From: Chloroflexota bacterium
GTDB taxonomy: Bacteria > Chloroflexota > Dehalococcoidia > Bin125
Length of the DNA stretch: 64,000 bases
Direction: 5' to 3'
Assembly: GCA_028874365.1 (NCBI GenBank)
Contig: JAPPJZ010000018.1
Coordinates: 80,435 to 144,434, forward strand
Position numbers and translations under genes: made by a program
Notes under the pieces: model-generated
Seen by the model: the letters and a program-made list of their open reading frames with translations, nothing else
Told to the model about the DNA's origin: nothing
Databases searched by the model: none
In this document: positions 32,997 to 42,497 of the stretch, piece by piece
Numbering within the stretch: position 1 is the first letter of the stretch
Layout of the letters: each line of letters begins with the position of its first letter

Positions 32997-33902
32997 ATGG
33001 TCAGGATCGGACTGATCGCGGCGGCCCTGGCGCTCCTGGTCGCGGGCTGTGGCTCCGGTGGTGGTGACGCACCGGCATCACAGCCGCAAACGGCCGCGAG
33101 CGTCCAAGCGCAGCAGCAAGAGCAAACGGAGCAATCGGCGACGGCGTACGCGGCCGGCCAGAGCGAATCGACACAGGATCAGGCTCAAGCCCAGGCGTCG
33201 CCTCAGGCCGACCAGCCCACGGCTCAGGCCCAGGCCGGGCAAGCTGTCGGACAGGAAGCCGATCAGCAGACGACGCAGCAGGCGCAGCCGGCCACCGACC
33301 AGTCTGTGGCTGAGCAGGCCGAGAGCGAAGAGCCGGAACAGCAGGCGATGGTCGCTCAGATCATCGAATCTGGTCATCGGGCCGGCCTGGTCGCTGACCG
33401 CAACGTGATCGGTGATCCGAACGCACCGATCGTGATCACCGAGTATTCCGATTTTCTTTGAGGAAACTGTCGCCGCTTCGCGGCTCAGGTTGAGCCGCGC
33501 GTGATCGAAGAGTTGGTTCGCACCGGTCTGGCGCGATTCGAGTATCGGCACATTCTCAACCACGGCCCGCCTTCGGTGGCGGCCGCGCTGGCAACGGAGT
33601 GCGGCGGCGACCAGGGCAAGTGGTGGGACTTCCACGACCACTACATGACGACGCAGGACTTCAGCCGCGAGGGGGCCGTGGCACTGGCCGCCTCGCTGTC
33701 ACTGGACACCGATCAGTTCGCCCAGTGCTTCGATGACCAAACACACCTCGAACTGGTCGAAGGGCAGCATCGCGCCGCGGCCGAGGCGGGCGTGAGTCGT
33801 ACGCCGACGGTGCGGATCAACGGCGAGGGCGCGGCGGTCGTGGCCGACGCGCTGATCGACCAGGTGATGGCGCTGGCCGCCGAACTGGAGGCCGAGGGCT
33901 AG
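32997..33902 (+). CDS. DsbA-like thiol:disulfide oxidoreductase lipoprotein, selenoprotein paralog 3 (U-GNC active site; TGA at 33459-33461)
   Basis: Lipobox LLVAGCGSG and a long Q/A/E-rich linker. IVITEYSDFL-U-GNCRRFAAQVEP. In frame with 33501..33902. Confidence 0.7.
33480..33498 (+). promoter_or_regulatory. SECIS-like hairpin downstream of the in-frame TGA of paralog 3
   Basis: GCGGCTCA-ggt-TGAGCCGC; identical to the paralog 1 hairpin. Confidence 0.45.
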
Positions 33903-33994
33903 CGAAGCCCAACTCGGCCGGGCGATTCTCGGCGTGGTGTGCGATCTGCGTTACCCAGTGGCATCGGCAGGGTTGTGGATAAGCGACCCGCGGC

Positions 33995-34024
33995 TTGACA
34001 AATCCGCTCATAGGTGCTCATAAT
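33995..34024 (+). promoter_or_regulatory. sigma70-like promoter (TTGACA-N18-CATAAT)
   Basis: cTTGACAaatccgctcataggtgctCATAATcgg, about 75 nt upstream of the 34099 ORF in a lower-GC intergenic stretch. Confidence 0.4.
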
Positions 34025-34098
34025 CGGACTTCTTCAAGAACATCCGTACTGTTCGCGCGCTCTGATGCGAACGGCGTTGATGGCTGGAAAGGGTCCGA

Positions 34099-36132
34099 AT
34101 GATGACAACCTTGCACGAGAAGTCGTCGGCTGAGGCGCAAGCGACGGGAGCGATCCTGGCGACCACGCTGTCGGAGGCCGACCTCAACCACATCCTGGGG
34201 CAGCTCGGTGGCGGACGATCCGCGTCGCACGGCGTGCTGAGCCGGTTTTCGGCGCTGCATGAGCGCATCCGGCACCGCGAGTCTCACCTGTACAACGCTG
34301 GCGAAGTCGATCCGAAGTTCCAGGCGCCGCATCTGCAGGCTCAGCCCCGGCAAACCGATCTGCTGCGCCGAACCTGTTCCCAGTTGCGGCAGCGCGTGAC
34401 CGAGCATCCGCTGCGGGTACACGTGGAGCCGCCCGACGACTCACCCTCGGCCCGGCAGGCGGCCGACAACCTCGAGCACGTGTTGGAACAAGGCCTGCGC
34501 CAGGTCGAGGAGCGGTCGCACCTCTCGCTGCAGGCAGACCTCGGTTACGGACAGGTCTGCCTCTGTTTCGGCGTGTTGCACTGGCAGATGTCTCCGCAGC
34601 ATCTGCCGGCGTTGCCCGCCAGAGAGCAGCGCGGCTCGCGGCCACAGGATCCGGAGGATCGGCGGCGCTTCCGCCGCTCGCGTTCCGAGGACGGCCCCTC
34701 GCTGCCCTGGATCGAGACGGAAGAGAGCCGCCGCGACCGCGACCGCCGGCGGCGGGCGGCATCCGGATTCCCCTGGAACGTCGAGGTCATCCGCCCCGAC
34801 CAGTTCGCGTTTGTGGAGGACTATGGCAGCGGCAACGGGCTCGGCATCGCGGCGGTCGTACGCGAGATTGGGCTGTTCGAGTATCGCAGTCGGCTGCGTG
34901 AGCAGGACGGTCTCGAGCTTCGCATGACGGCCATCGCCGGCGACCCGACGCTGGGCATCGCCAGCGGGGTCGATGGACCGCTGCCGGAAGAACCATCGGG
35001 CGCCGGCTGGGGCGAACGCTTGCGCGTCGTCTCGGTCTGGACTCGAAACGAGTACTACGAACTGGCGGCGCTTGCGGGCCACACGCCTCGAGCCCGGCGG
35101 GCGGGCGAGCAGCCGCGCCACGAGTGGACCCTGATCAAGTCGCACCCGCATCCATACGAGATGCCGCCATTCGCGATTGCCGAGGCCGACGTGAACGACC
35201 ATCCAGATATGGTCCGCCGCTGGGAGCCGACAATGGAGGGCATCTATCGCGCGAAGCCGAGCTACGACTACGAGCGCTCGCTGGGGATGTTTCTGGCCGA
35301 GCAGACGGCGATTCCGCTCTACTGGATTCAACTCGCGAACGGCGACTGGCAGACGGACGACGACGGGAACCGGGTGGAAGTCGCCCCGGGCTCGGCTTCG
35401 GCGCAGTCATTGCCCGCCGGCGCGTCGCTGCATCGGGTCGAGTTCCGCGTCGATCCGGCGTTCGTTGAGTTCATGCGCATGTCGCACGACGAGTTACTCG
35501 CGGCCGCGCCGGACTCAGGCGCGATCGAACGCGGTGAGATCGGCCCGAACACGCAGCCGCACACGCTCAACCTGTTGTTGGGCTCAAGGAACCTCCAGGT
35601 CCAGCAGTTGAAGCGGGCGCAAATCGGCGCCGTCCGCACGATGCTGCGCAACATGGCGTTGGTGATGTCGAAGCCACTGACCGAGGGCGGGTTCGGCGCC
35701 CCGATCTGGGTCTTCGCCAAGGGGACGAATGGGCGCGTCCAGCGTCGGGAGACCGTCTGCGTGGAACCGGCCCAGATTCCCTCGCTCGACATCGATGTCT
35801 GGATCGACCCGTACTCCTCCGCGCAGCGAATCGCGGTGCAGGAACACGGACGCGCGCGGCTCAACGACCCGCTCGATCCGCTCGATCAGCGCGCGTATCT
35901 GGAGCAGTACATCGGCGAGGAGCACGCGGAGCAGGTGCTCTCGCGACACCGTCAGTGGCGCGTGGAGCAGGCGCGATTCGACCACGAACTCGCCGCTCTG
36001 CGAGGTGACGGAGACGACGAGGCTCGGCGGAACGGCGATCAGCAGGTACCCGCGTCCAGCCGGCTGCGGGGTCACTTGACGCCGCTGGGCCGGCTGACAT
36101 CGATCGATGACGACCGTACCGCGAATCCGTAG
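34099..36132 (+). CDS. large hypothetical protein (677 aa), unknown function
   Basis: Long uninterrupted ORF with protein-like composition across most of its length. No motif recognised. There is an Arg-rich segment around residues 180-225. Confidence 0.45.
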   Translation: MMTTLHEKSSAEAQATGAILATTLSEADLNHILGQLGGGRSASHGVLSRFSALHERIRHRESHLYNAGEVDPKFQAPHLQAQPRQTDLLRRTCSQLRQRVTEHPLRVHVEPPDDSPSARQAADNLEHVLEQGLRQVEERSHLSLQADLGYGQVCLCFGVLHWQMSPQHLPALPAREQRGSRPQDPEDRRRFRRSRSEDGPSLPWIETEESRRDRDRRRRAASGFPWNVEVIRPDQFAFVEDYGSGNGLGIAAVVREIGLFEYRSRLREQDGLELRMTAIAGDPTLGIASGVDGPLPEEPSGAGWGERLRVVSVWTRNEYYELAALAGHTPRARRAGEQPRHEWTLIKSHPHPYEMPPFAIAEADVNDHPDMVRRWEPTMEGIYRAKPSYDYERSLGMFLAEQTAIPLYWIQLANGDWQTDDDGNRVEVAPGSASAQSLPAGASLHRVEFRVDPAFVEFMRMSHDELLAAAPDSGAIERGEIGPNTQPHTLNLLLGSRNLQVQQLKRAQIGAVRTMLRNMALVMSKPLTEGGFGAPIWVFAKGTNGRVQRRETVCVEPAQIPSLDIDVWIDPYSSAQRIAVQEHGRARLNDPLDPLDQRAYLEQYIGEEHAEQVLSRHRQWRVEQARFDHELAALRGDGDDEARRNGDQQVPASSRLRGHLTPLGRLTSIDDDRTANP

Positions 36133-36153
36133 GCGAAGACGCGAAACGAAGGA

Positions 36154-36336
36154 GTGGAGATGCGCATGGTGAACGAGCATGAGATCCGTTGCACGAACCC
36201 GAAGTGTCCAAGCCGCACGCATACCCAGAGAGGGGCGCTGGCCTGCAAAGTCGAGGAACACTCCGAACACGTGACGATCGTCTGGAGGTGCCGGCGCTGC
36301 AAGCGCGGCCAACGCACACCGTTGCCGAGACCGTAG
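36154..36336 (+). CDS. small Cys-rich zinc-ribbon-like protein
   Basis: 60 aa with CTNPKC...C...CRRCKRG. Confidence 0.3.
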   Translation: MEMRMVNEHEIRCTNPKCPSRTHTQRGALACKVEEHSEHVTIVWRCRRCKRGQRTPLPRP

Positions 36337-36346
36337 TGATGCAGCC

Positions 36347-37492
36347 CTAGTGCTGCGGCCGTTCCTGCTCGATTTGGCCGTCGGCTATCACGAGGGATGC
36401 GGCCAGGCCGGAGGCTTCGAACGGAATCGCCGAGCGGTCGGCAGTAGTCAGTATGACCTGTTCCACGACGGACACCGCCTCTGCCGTTCGTTCCCGGCGA
36501 GGCCGATCGAGCTCGCTGAAGACATCGTCGAGCAGGAGGATCGGCGAGTCCGCGGACTCCGCAGCGAGATAGTCCGCCTCGGCCAATCTCATGCTGAGCG
36601 CGACGGCTCGCTGTTGCGCCCGCGAAGCGAAGTTAGCCGCCGGTCGTGCTCCGAGATTGATCTCCAGCTCGTCCCGGTGCGGCCCCACGCTGGTCGAGCC
36701 TCGGGCCAGATCGCGGGTTCGAGACTCGCGCAGCGGTTGCCGGTCGGCAGGCACGTAGGTGAGACTCAGCGCCTCAGCCGGATCGTCTGGCGCCCGCAAC
36801 GCCTCGTGCCGGTGGAAGGCAAGCCGCGAGAGCGCTTGCGACGCCTCCGCGCGCGCCTGCCAGATTGGTTCGGCGGCCGTCGTGAGCAGATCATCCCACT
36901 GCGCAAGTTCGGACTCGGCTGCCTGGTGTTCCGCGATGCGTTTGAGTAAGGCGTTGCGCTGCGAAAGCGCTCGCTGGTAACGACTGAGGTTCGCGGCATG
37001 CGACGGTTGTAACTGCCCAACCACCACATCGAGGTAGCGGCGGCGCAACGCCGACGCGCCGGTCAGCAGCTCGATGTCCAGCGTCGTGAACTGAGCGGCG
37101 CGAATCGCGCCGAGCACGTCCGAGGCTCGCCGCGCGACGCCGTTGAGTCGAATTCGTTTCGACGTCAACGGCGCGCCGCTGCGCCGTCTGGCATCGCCAG
37201 CGTTGCCGCCCTCCCGGGCGGCGAGCGCGATCTCCACTTCGACCGATTCCCCGTCTCGCTGTGCCGTCCCCGCAACACGCATCACCTGCGGCTGGGGCGC
37301 GTCCCAACTGAGCAGTTCGCCCTCGGTCTGGGCGCGCGTCGAGCGAAGCGAGGCGAGCATGTAGATCGCCTCGACCAGGTTGGATTTGCCGGCGGCGTTG
37401 GCGCCGCTAATCAGCGTGATGCCGGGATCCAGGTCAAGCTCAAGCTCGGTCCAGGATCGAAAGTTGGAGAGTTGCAGCCGAGTCAGATGCAC
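36347..37492 (-). CDS. recF: DNA replication and repair protein RecF
   Basis: MHLTRLQLSNFRSWTELELDLDPGITLISGANAAGKSNLVEAIYMLASLRSTRA (Walker A) and full-length RecF similarity. Confidence 0.85.
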   Translation of the reverse strand: MHLTRLQLSNFRSWTELELDLDPGITLISGANAAGKSNLVEAIYMLASLRSTRAQTEGELLSWDAPQPQVMRVAGTAQRDGESVEVEIALAAREGGNAGDARRRSGAPLTSKRIRLNGVARRASDVLGAIRAAQFTTLDIELLTGASALRRRYLDVVVGQLQPSHAANLSRYQRALSQRNALLKRIAEHQAAESELAQWDDLLTTAAEPIWQARAEASQALSRLAFHRHEALRAPDDPAEALSLTYVPADRQPLRESRTRDLARGSTSVGPHRDELEINLGARPAANFASRAQQRAVALSMRLAEADYLAAESADSPILLLDDVFSELDRPRRERTAEAVSVVEQVILTTADRSAIPFEASGLAASLVIADGQIEQERPQH

Positions 37493-37513
37493 ACGTTGGA
37501 GTGTATGCGTCGG

Positions 37514-37813
37514 CTAGAGCACGACGATCAAGATCGCCACAACGCCAATCACGATCGCCGACGTGGCGATCCCAACGCGCCAGATGTGCTCCTTGAGGCG
37601 GGCCTCGAGCGCGAAGAGGTCGGTGGCGTCAGCGAGGCCCTCACGAGCCATTTCGGATGTCTGAGTGATCGCTCGAGCCTGCTCATCTCCGAAACCGGCG
37701 TTTCGAAGGTTGTCGAAGGCAGCCAAGGGATTGAACGCCGTGTGGGCATGGTACACCTCGGCAGAGGCCTCCAAGACTGCACCGACCACCGGTCTGATGT
37801 ACCATGCGCTCAA
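37514..37813 (-). CDS. small membrane-anchored coiled-coil protein (DUF1640-like?)
   Basis: 99 aa ending in a TM segment (IATSAIVIGVVAILIVVL). Confidence 0.4.
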   Translation of the reverse strand: MSAWYIRPVVGAVLEASAEVYHAHTAFNPLAAFDNLRNAGFGDEQARAITQTSEMAREGLADATDLFALEARLKEHIWRVGIATSAIVIGVVAILIVVL

Positions 37814-38901
37814 CGTACACGCGGCGTACCCCGCTATCCCACTGGAGCGCTTCCATGGCCACGACTCAGCACGATGTCCCCGGTATCAACCTTGACTGGC
37901 TCAACGTCGATACAGACCAGGGCATGGAGATCGAGACCGGCCGAAAGGGCCTCACGCTGGAGACCATCAACCAGATGTCCTACGGCGTTGACGACCGAGA
38001 CGAGGCGCGCCAGCGTCAGTGGGCGCCGCGCGGCTCCGCCGCCGACCCGCGTTCTCCCTCGAACAGCGTCCAGCACCTGAACAAGGCGGACGTCTGGACC
38101 GAGTCGGCGATGCTGCTCTACGAGGAAGCGCTGCAACGCCAGTGGTCCTCAGCGCGCGACATTCCCTGGGACACGATCGATGAACTGTCGCCGGATCTCG
38201 AGCGCGCGATGTGCACGCTTTGCACATTCCTGACCCAGGTCGAGTTCATCGCAGGTGACGTGCCGGGCCGCTTCCTCGAGCAGATTCACCCCGAGTTCTT
38301 CGAGTCGCAGCTGTTCCTCGGCACCCAACTGATGGACGAAGCGCGCCATCTCGACGTGTTCCGCAAGCGCATCCTGATCAACGGCGGCGGCATGTCCGGA
38401 GCCGGCATCGGCGCGGTGCAGCTGCTCAGCTCCGATGACTTCACCGAGATGACGGCCCTGCTTCACCTCGTCGGCGAGGGATTCGTCCAGACCCTCTTCC
38501 GCATGGGCGAGCTGATCGCCCAGAACGAGGCTGAGAAGCGCATCTTCCGACTCTCCGCGCAGGACGAGTCACGACACCTGGCGTTCGGCGTGACGCACCT
38601 CAAGTACACCGTCGAGACCGAACCGTGGCGCAAGGAAGAACTCCACCACATCCTCGACATGCAAGAAGCGCTGCTCACTCAATCGCAGCAGACCTCGCTG
38701 ACCACGAACCCGTTGACCGGCGAAGCGCTGGCCATCCTCTCCGGGGGCGGGATCGAGCACCTCGATGAGGGCTACAACATGGTCATGCTGATGCGCAAGA
38801 AGCAGTTCGTCGAGTATGCGCACCGGCTGGAAGTGATCGGGCTGGATCGCTCCGATCGCTTCGGGGCCGAGGTACGCGAACTGGTGGCGGAGAACAACTA
38901 G
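37804..38901 (+). CDS. ferritin-like di-iron carboxylate protein (putative oxygenase/oxidase)
   Basis: Two E-x-x-H motifs (DEARHLDVF; DESRHLAFG) in a helical bundle context. The true start may be 37855 (MATTQHD). Confidence 0.55.
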   Translation: MRSTYTRRTPLSHWSASMATTQHDVPGINLDWLNVDTDQGMEIETGRKGLTLETINQMSYGVDDRDEARQRQWAPRGSAADPRSPSNSVQHLNKADVWTESAMLLYEEALQRQWSSARDIPWDTIDELSPDLERAMCTLCTFLTQVEFIAGDVPGRFLEQIHPEFFESQLFLGTQLMDEARHLDVFRKRILINGGGMSGAGIGAVQLLSSDDFTEMTALLHLVGEGFVQTLFRMGELIAQNEAEKRIFRLSAQDESRHLAFGVTHLKYTVETEPWRKEELHHILDMQEALLTQSQQTSLTTNPLTGEALAILSGGGIEHLDEGYNMVMLMRKKQFVEYAHRLEVIGLDRSDRFGAEVRELVAENN

Positions 38902-38924
38902 GCAAGCAGTTGGCTGCGGATGCC

Positions 38925-38970
38925 CCCGCTGTCACTCCGCGACATCTCCCCCCGCTTTTCGGGGGGAGTG
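38925..38970. repeat. GC-rich hairpin repeat, family 2 copy D; possible intrinsic terminator
   Basis: tgcccccgctgtcactccgcgacatCTCCCCCCGcttttCGGGGGGAGtgttgttt; same family as copy C. The stem is followed by a U-rich tract. Confidence 0.45.
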
Positions 38971-39014
38971 TTGTTTGACGAGATGCTGGTTCGCAGGAAC
39001 ACTGGGAGACCGCG

Positions 39015-40253
39015 ATGGAACTGTCGACGACGACCAAGGTGCGCGCCAAGAAGGCCGGCTGGTCTGCGGAGCTGATCGAGCGAATCGAAGGATCGGCCGC
39101 GACGGACAAGCAGGTCGAGAACCTGGCTCGCGGCGAGCTCAGCGAAGAGAAGGTCAACGGCTGGCTCGACTTCCTCGAGGACCATCCCGACAACCCGTTC
39201 AGCAACGCGCCGTTCAACATCTTCAACTCGCCGGCCGAGACGGGGCTCAAGGCGACGCCCGGCCCGGACGGGCTGCGTCTACGCGATATCAACATCGGCA
39301 GCTACGGCATTGTGCCCGACAAGTGGGACTTGCCCAACGACGCCCCGCGCGGAACCGAGACCACCGGCCAGATTATGGCCGCCGGCTACTCGATCTTCGA
39401 CAAGGCCGAGGTCTGGTCGGAGAACGCCGTCGACCTGTACGAGGACGCAATCAAGGCTCGCTGGACCCCGGCGACCGAGCTCGACTGGGAGAACGGTCTC
39501 GAAGAGCTACCGGAGGAACTCGAGCGGGCGATTGGGCAGATCTGCACGATCTACTCGAACAACGGCCTCGTCGAGCAGAAGATCATAGGTCGCTGGCTGG
39601 AAGAGATCTCGTACGGTTTCCACGAGGTCAAGCTGTTCCTGGCGACGCAGGCATTCGACGCCGGCCGCAAGGTCGAGGTCTTGCGCAAGCGAGCGCTGAT
39701 CAATGGCGGCGGACTGGGACAGGCGCCGCTGGGGCAGATCTACCGAGGCTGGTACCAGGGCCTGACGTTCACCGACCTCGTGATCGCGCTCGACGTGGTC
39801 TACAAGAGCTACGAGGTGACGCTGTTTGAATCGGCGTCGGAATGGGCGCAGACCGAGGTCGAGCGCGACATGTTCGCGAAGATCGCCGCGGACTCACGCA
39901 GGCACCTCGACTACGGGCTCGGCCACCTTGAGTGGTACGAGCGGTTCAAGCCGGAGGCGGACAAGCGCCTGGGGATCCAGTTCCTGCGCGCCGAGGCATC
40001 GTTGGTTCAGGAAATGCGCCTGTCGACGACCGAGCGCGAGGCGCTGATCGTGTTGCTCGCCGGCGGCGTCGAGAACCTGCAGGCCGGGGTCGACAAGCTG
40101 AAGACGCTGCGCCAGCGGCAGTACGACGCCTACATCGAGAACCTGGCTTCGATCAACTTCGACCGTCCGACGGTGCATCCCGGGCTGGTCGGCCAGGTCA
40201 AGGATCCGCTCGAAGGCGGGATCGTCGCCGTCAGGGCCGTCGCCCAGAACTAG
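39015..40253 (+). CDS. ferritin-like domain protein (paralog of 37804 gene; partly degenerate metal ligands)
   Basis: Co-linear similarity to the upstream gene (D..A.LYEEA.., ..FLATQ...DA.R...V.RKR.LINGGG...). Only one clear RRH motif. Confidence 0.5.
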   Translation: MELSTTTKVRAKKAGWSAELIERIEGSAATDKQVENLARGELSEEKVNGWLDFLEDHPDNPFSNAPFNIFNSPAETGLKATPGPDGLRLRDINIGSYGIVPDKWDLPNDAPRGTETTGQIMAAGYSIFDKAEVWSENAVDLYEDAIKARWTPATELDWENGLEELPEELERAIGQICTIYSNNGLVEQKIIGRWLEEISYGFHEVKLFLATQAFDAGRKVEVLRKRALINGGGLGQAPLGQIYRGWYQGLTFTDLVIALDVVYKSYEVTLFESASEWAQTEVERDMFAKIAADSRRHLDYGLGHLEWYERFKPEADKRLGIQFLRAEASLVQEMRLSTTEREALIVLLAGGVENLQAGVDKLKTLRQRQYDAYIENLASINFDRPTVHPGLVGQVKDPLEGGIVAVRAVAQN

Positions 40254-40267
40254 GCGCAGAACTACGC

Positions 40268-41245
40268 CTAACCGCCCAGGACTTCCGAGGTTGGCACCGG
40301 GCAGAGTGCCTTGAGCGCTTGCGGTTCGATGTCAATCGCGTAGGCAGTGGCCGGGCCAATTTCGCCGTCGATCTGCATCGGCGGCGTCTCCTTGAGCGGG
40401 GTCATTTCGAGGCGACGGAACCTGTGGTTGGACACACCCGGCCCATGCGGCAGCCAACCGTGGCGAGCGAAGGGTGAGAGCGCAAGCGCCCGCCAGGGCG
40501 CGCCCTTGAACATCAACAGGTCGAGTTCGCCATCGACGACGGTGGCCTTCGGGTTGACCTCCAGCCAGGTTCCGAGCATCCGAGTGTTACCGACGGTCAT
40601 GAGGCCAACTTCAACGGTCCGCGGAGGTGCGCCGTCGAGGCTGAATGCGATCGGCCAAGCCTTGCGACCGATTGCTTCCTGTACCGCGGACAGGAAATAG
40701 GCGGGCTCTCCGAGCATCCGCTTCATGCCCCGTCGCCGGTCGCTGCCGGCGATCCCGTTCACGGCAGCCGCATCGAGACCCCAGCTCGCCATCAGCAGGA
40801 ATCGCTGCGAGGCGACCGAGCCGTCCGCATTTGTTGACCAGACCCGCCCGGTGTCGATCCAGATCGAGCTGCCCTCTCGGCCCTCCAGCGCCGCCAGTTG
40901 CGACGAGATCGCAGCCATGGGGGTCATGGGCAGATTCGTTTCGTAGGCCCAGACGTTGGCGGTGCCCAGGGGGACCGCGCCCAGCGCGGTCGACGAGCCG
41001 ACCGGCAGGCCCTGCAGAATCGACGACAGCGTGCCGTCCCCGCCGCAACCGAAGATCGCCGCCGCTCCGGATTCGTGGGCCTGCCGTGCCGTTTCGGTCG
41101 CCTCTTCCGGCGTGCGAGTCGCGATCACCTCAGCCGTGTGGCCACGCTGGTCGCACGCCGCGCGGCACAGCGCCATCAACGTCCGTGGATGGAGAGCATG
41201 TCCCGAGTTCGGGTTGACGACGAAGGCGATGTCGTTCGCTTGCAT
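40268..41245 (-). CDS. diacylglycerol kinase family lipid kinase (DAGK_cat, YegS-like)
   Basis: GGDGTL motif and FVVNPNSG N-terminus. Confidence 0.75.
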   Translation of the reverse strand: MQANDIAFVVNPNSGHALHPRTLMALCRAACDQRGHTAEVIATRTPEEATETARQAHESGAAAIFGCGGDGTLSSILQGLPVGSSTALGAVPLGTANVWAYETNLPMTPMAAISSQLAALEGREGSSIWIDTGRVWSTNADGSVASQRFLLMASWGLDAAAVNGIAGSDRRRGMKRMLGEPAYFLSAVQEAIGRKAWPIAFSLDGAPPRTVEVGLMTVGNTRMLGTWLEVNPKATVVDGELDLLMFKGAPWRALALSPFARHGWLPHGPGVSNHRFRRLEMTPLKETPPMQIDGEIGPATAYAIDIEPQALKALCPVPTSEVLGG

Positions 41246-41342
41246 CTGTGCAACATACTTGGAAGTCCCAATCTCGTCATTCCAGCACAGGGGGAATCGA
41301 CAGGCCGTCGTCTAAGCTGGTCTCGATTGGAGCGAGCGATCG

Positions 41343-41798
41343 ATGGCTGACCAGAAGGGTCTCGGCTGGGTGCGGCTCGACCACCTCGCGATCGCGGCCG
41401 AAGATCCGAAGGCCGCATCAAAGTTCTGGGGTCAACTCTTCGGACTCGAGCTCGATCACTGGACCGTTTCCAACGAGGGTGGTTTCCGTGTTTCCCAGTT
41501 CCACTTCCCGAGGCGTCAGGTCGGGCTCGAGATCATCGGGCCGTTCGACGAATCGTCATTCGTGCAGAAGTTCATTGAGCAGCGCGGCCCGGGCATGCAC
41601 CACATCACCGTCGAGGTCGAGGATGCCGACGCCGCGTGCGCATATGTCCGCGAGGAGATGGGCATCGAGCCATTGAGCGAGCCATACACCGACTTCGAGT
41701 GGAACCAGTTCTTCATCCATCCGCGCGACACCGGCGGCGTGCTGGTCCAGATTTACTCCTGGCTACCGGGCCGCCGCCCGGCCGACTGGCCGCAGTAG
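41343..41798 (+). CDS. VOC family protein (glyoxalase/bleomycin-resistance/epimerase-like)
   Basis: VRLDHLAIAAEDPKAASKFWGQLFGLEL and HHITVEVEDADAA motifs. Confidence 0.7.
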   Translation: MADQKGLGWVRLDHLAIAAEDPKAASKFWGQLFGLELDHWTVSNEGGFRVSQFHFPRRQVGLEIIGPFDESSFVQKFIEQRGPGMHHITVEVEDADAACAYVREEMGIEPLSEPYTDFEWNQFFIHPRDTGGVLVQIYSWLPGRRPADWPQ

Positions 41799-41803
41799 GT
41801 TCA

Positions 41804-42340
41804 ATGTCTTCGCAATCCGCGCCGTCGATTGCACAGCCCACGTTTCGTGACGGCGATTTCGTACCGACGCGGGAGGTGCCGTTCTCTTCCGAGCTCGACG
41901 AGATGATCGCCGAGATACGGGCCGGCAACGCGCCAAACATCGGCCGCTTTTGCGGCTATTGCTCGGCGCCGCTCGGCAAGGAAGACTCCTGCGGCGTCTG
42001 TGGCGAGACGACGGACCGGACGCCAGCGGTGGACAAGATCGATCGCGAGCTGGCCCAGATCTATCACGCCAAGCGGAAGCGCGAGGGCCTCTACGTCCAC
42101 CTCGCCGCCTGGACGGGCATCCTGCTCGCGACTGGACTGTCGATCCTGATGATTCTCTTTCTGCCCGGTTGGACCAAGGTGTTCGCCGTAATCTTCCTGG
42201 TGCTCGGCGGGTACTTCGCCGGCGTGTTTTTTGGCAACGTGTTGATCCAGGGGTTTGCGTACCGGGCGGGCCTGAAGATGTTTGCCAGGCGATGGGCACA
42301 GTGGCGAGCATCGAGCGGCGCAGCGCGGAGCGCAAGCTGA
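41804..42340 (+). CDS. zinc-ribbon membrane protein, unknown function
   Basis: CGYCSAPLGKEDSCGVCGE (two CxxC pairs) followed by two TM helices. The ORF-track start at 41636 overlaps the VOC gene in another frame. Confidence 0.45.
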   Translation: MSSQSAPSIAQPTFRDGDFVPTREVPFSSELDEMIAEIRAGNAPNIGRFCGYCSAPLGKEDSCGVCGETTDRTPAVDKIDRELAQIYHAKRKREGLYVHLAAWTGILLATGLSILMILFLPGWTKVFAVIFLVLGGYFAGVFFGNVLIQGFAYRAGLKMFARRWAQWRASSGAARSAS

Positions 42341-42497
42341 CCAGCGCACTCCTGTGTCCCGGGCTGGTCGATTCGCCACTCCGATTGACCCATAACCTGT
42401 TTCTTGTCTCTGCGTGTTGTGCAGCTGCGCTGCGCGGGCGTGGCAATCCGCTTCAACCAGGCCGGAGGAGTCAGAGTTGCTGAACTTCGCGCTGGTC

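Noticed and set aside
34650-34780. Arg-rich segment (RRRFRRSRSEDG...RRDRDRRRRAAS) inside the 677-aa ORF as evidence the ORF is spurious
   Set aside because: The flanking N- and C-terminal portions are protein-like and there is a good promoter upstream. The ORF is kept as a hypothetical CDS with moderate confidence.
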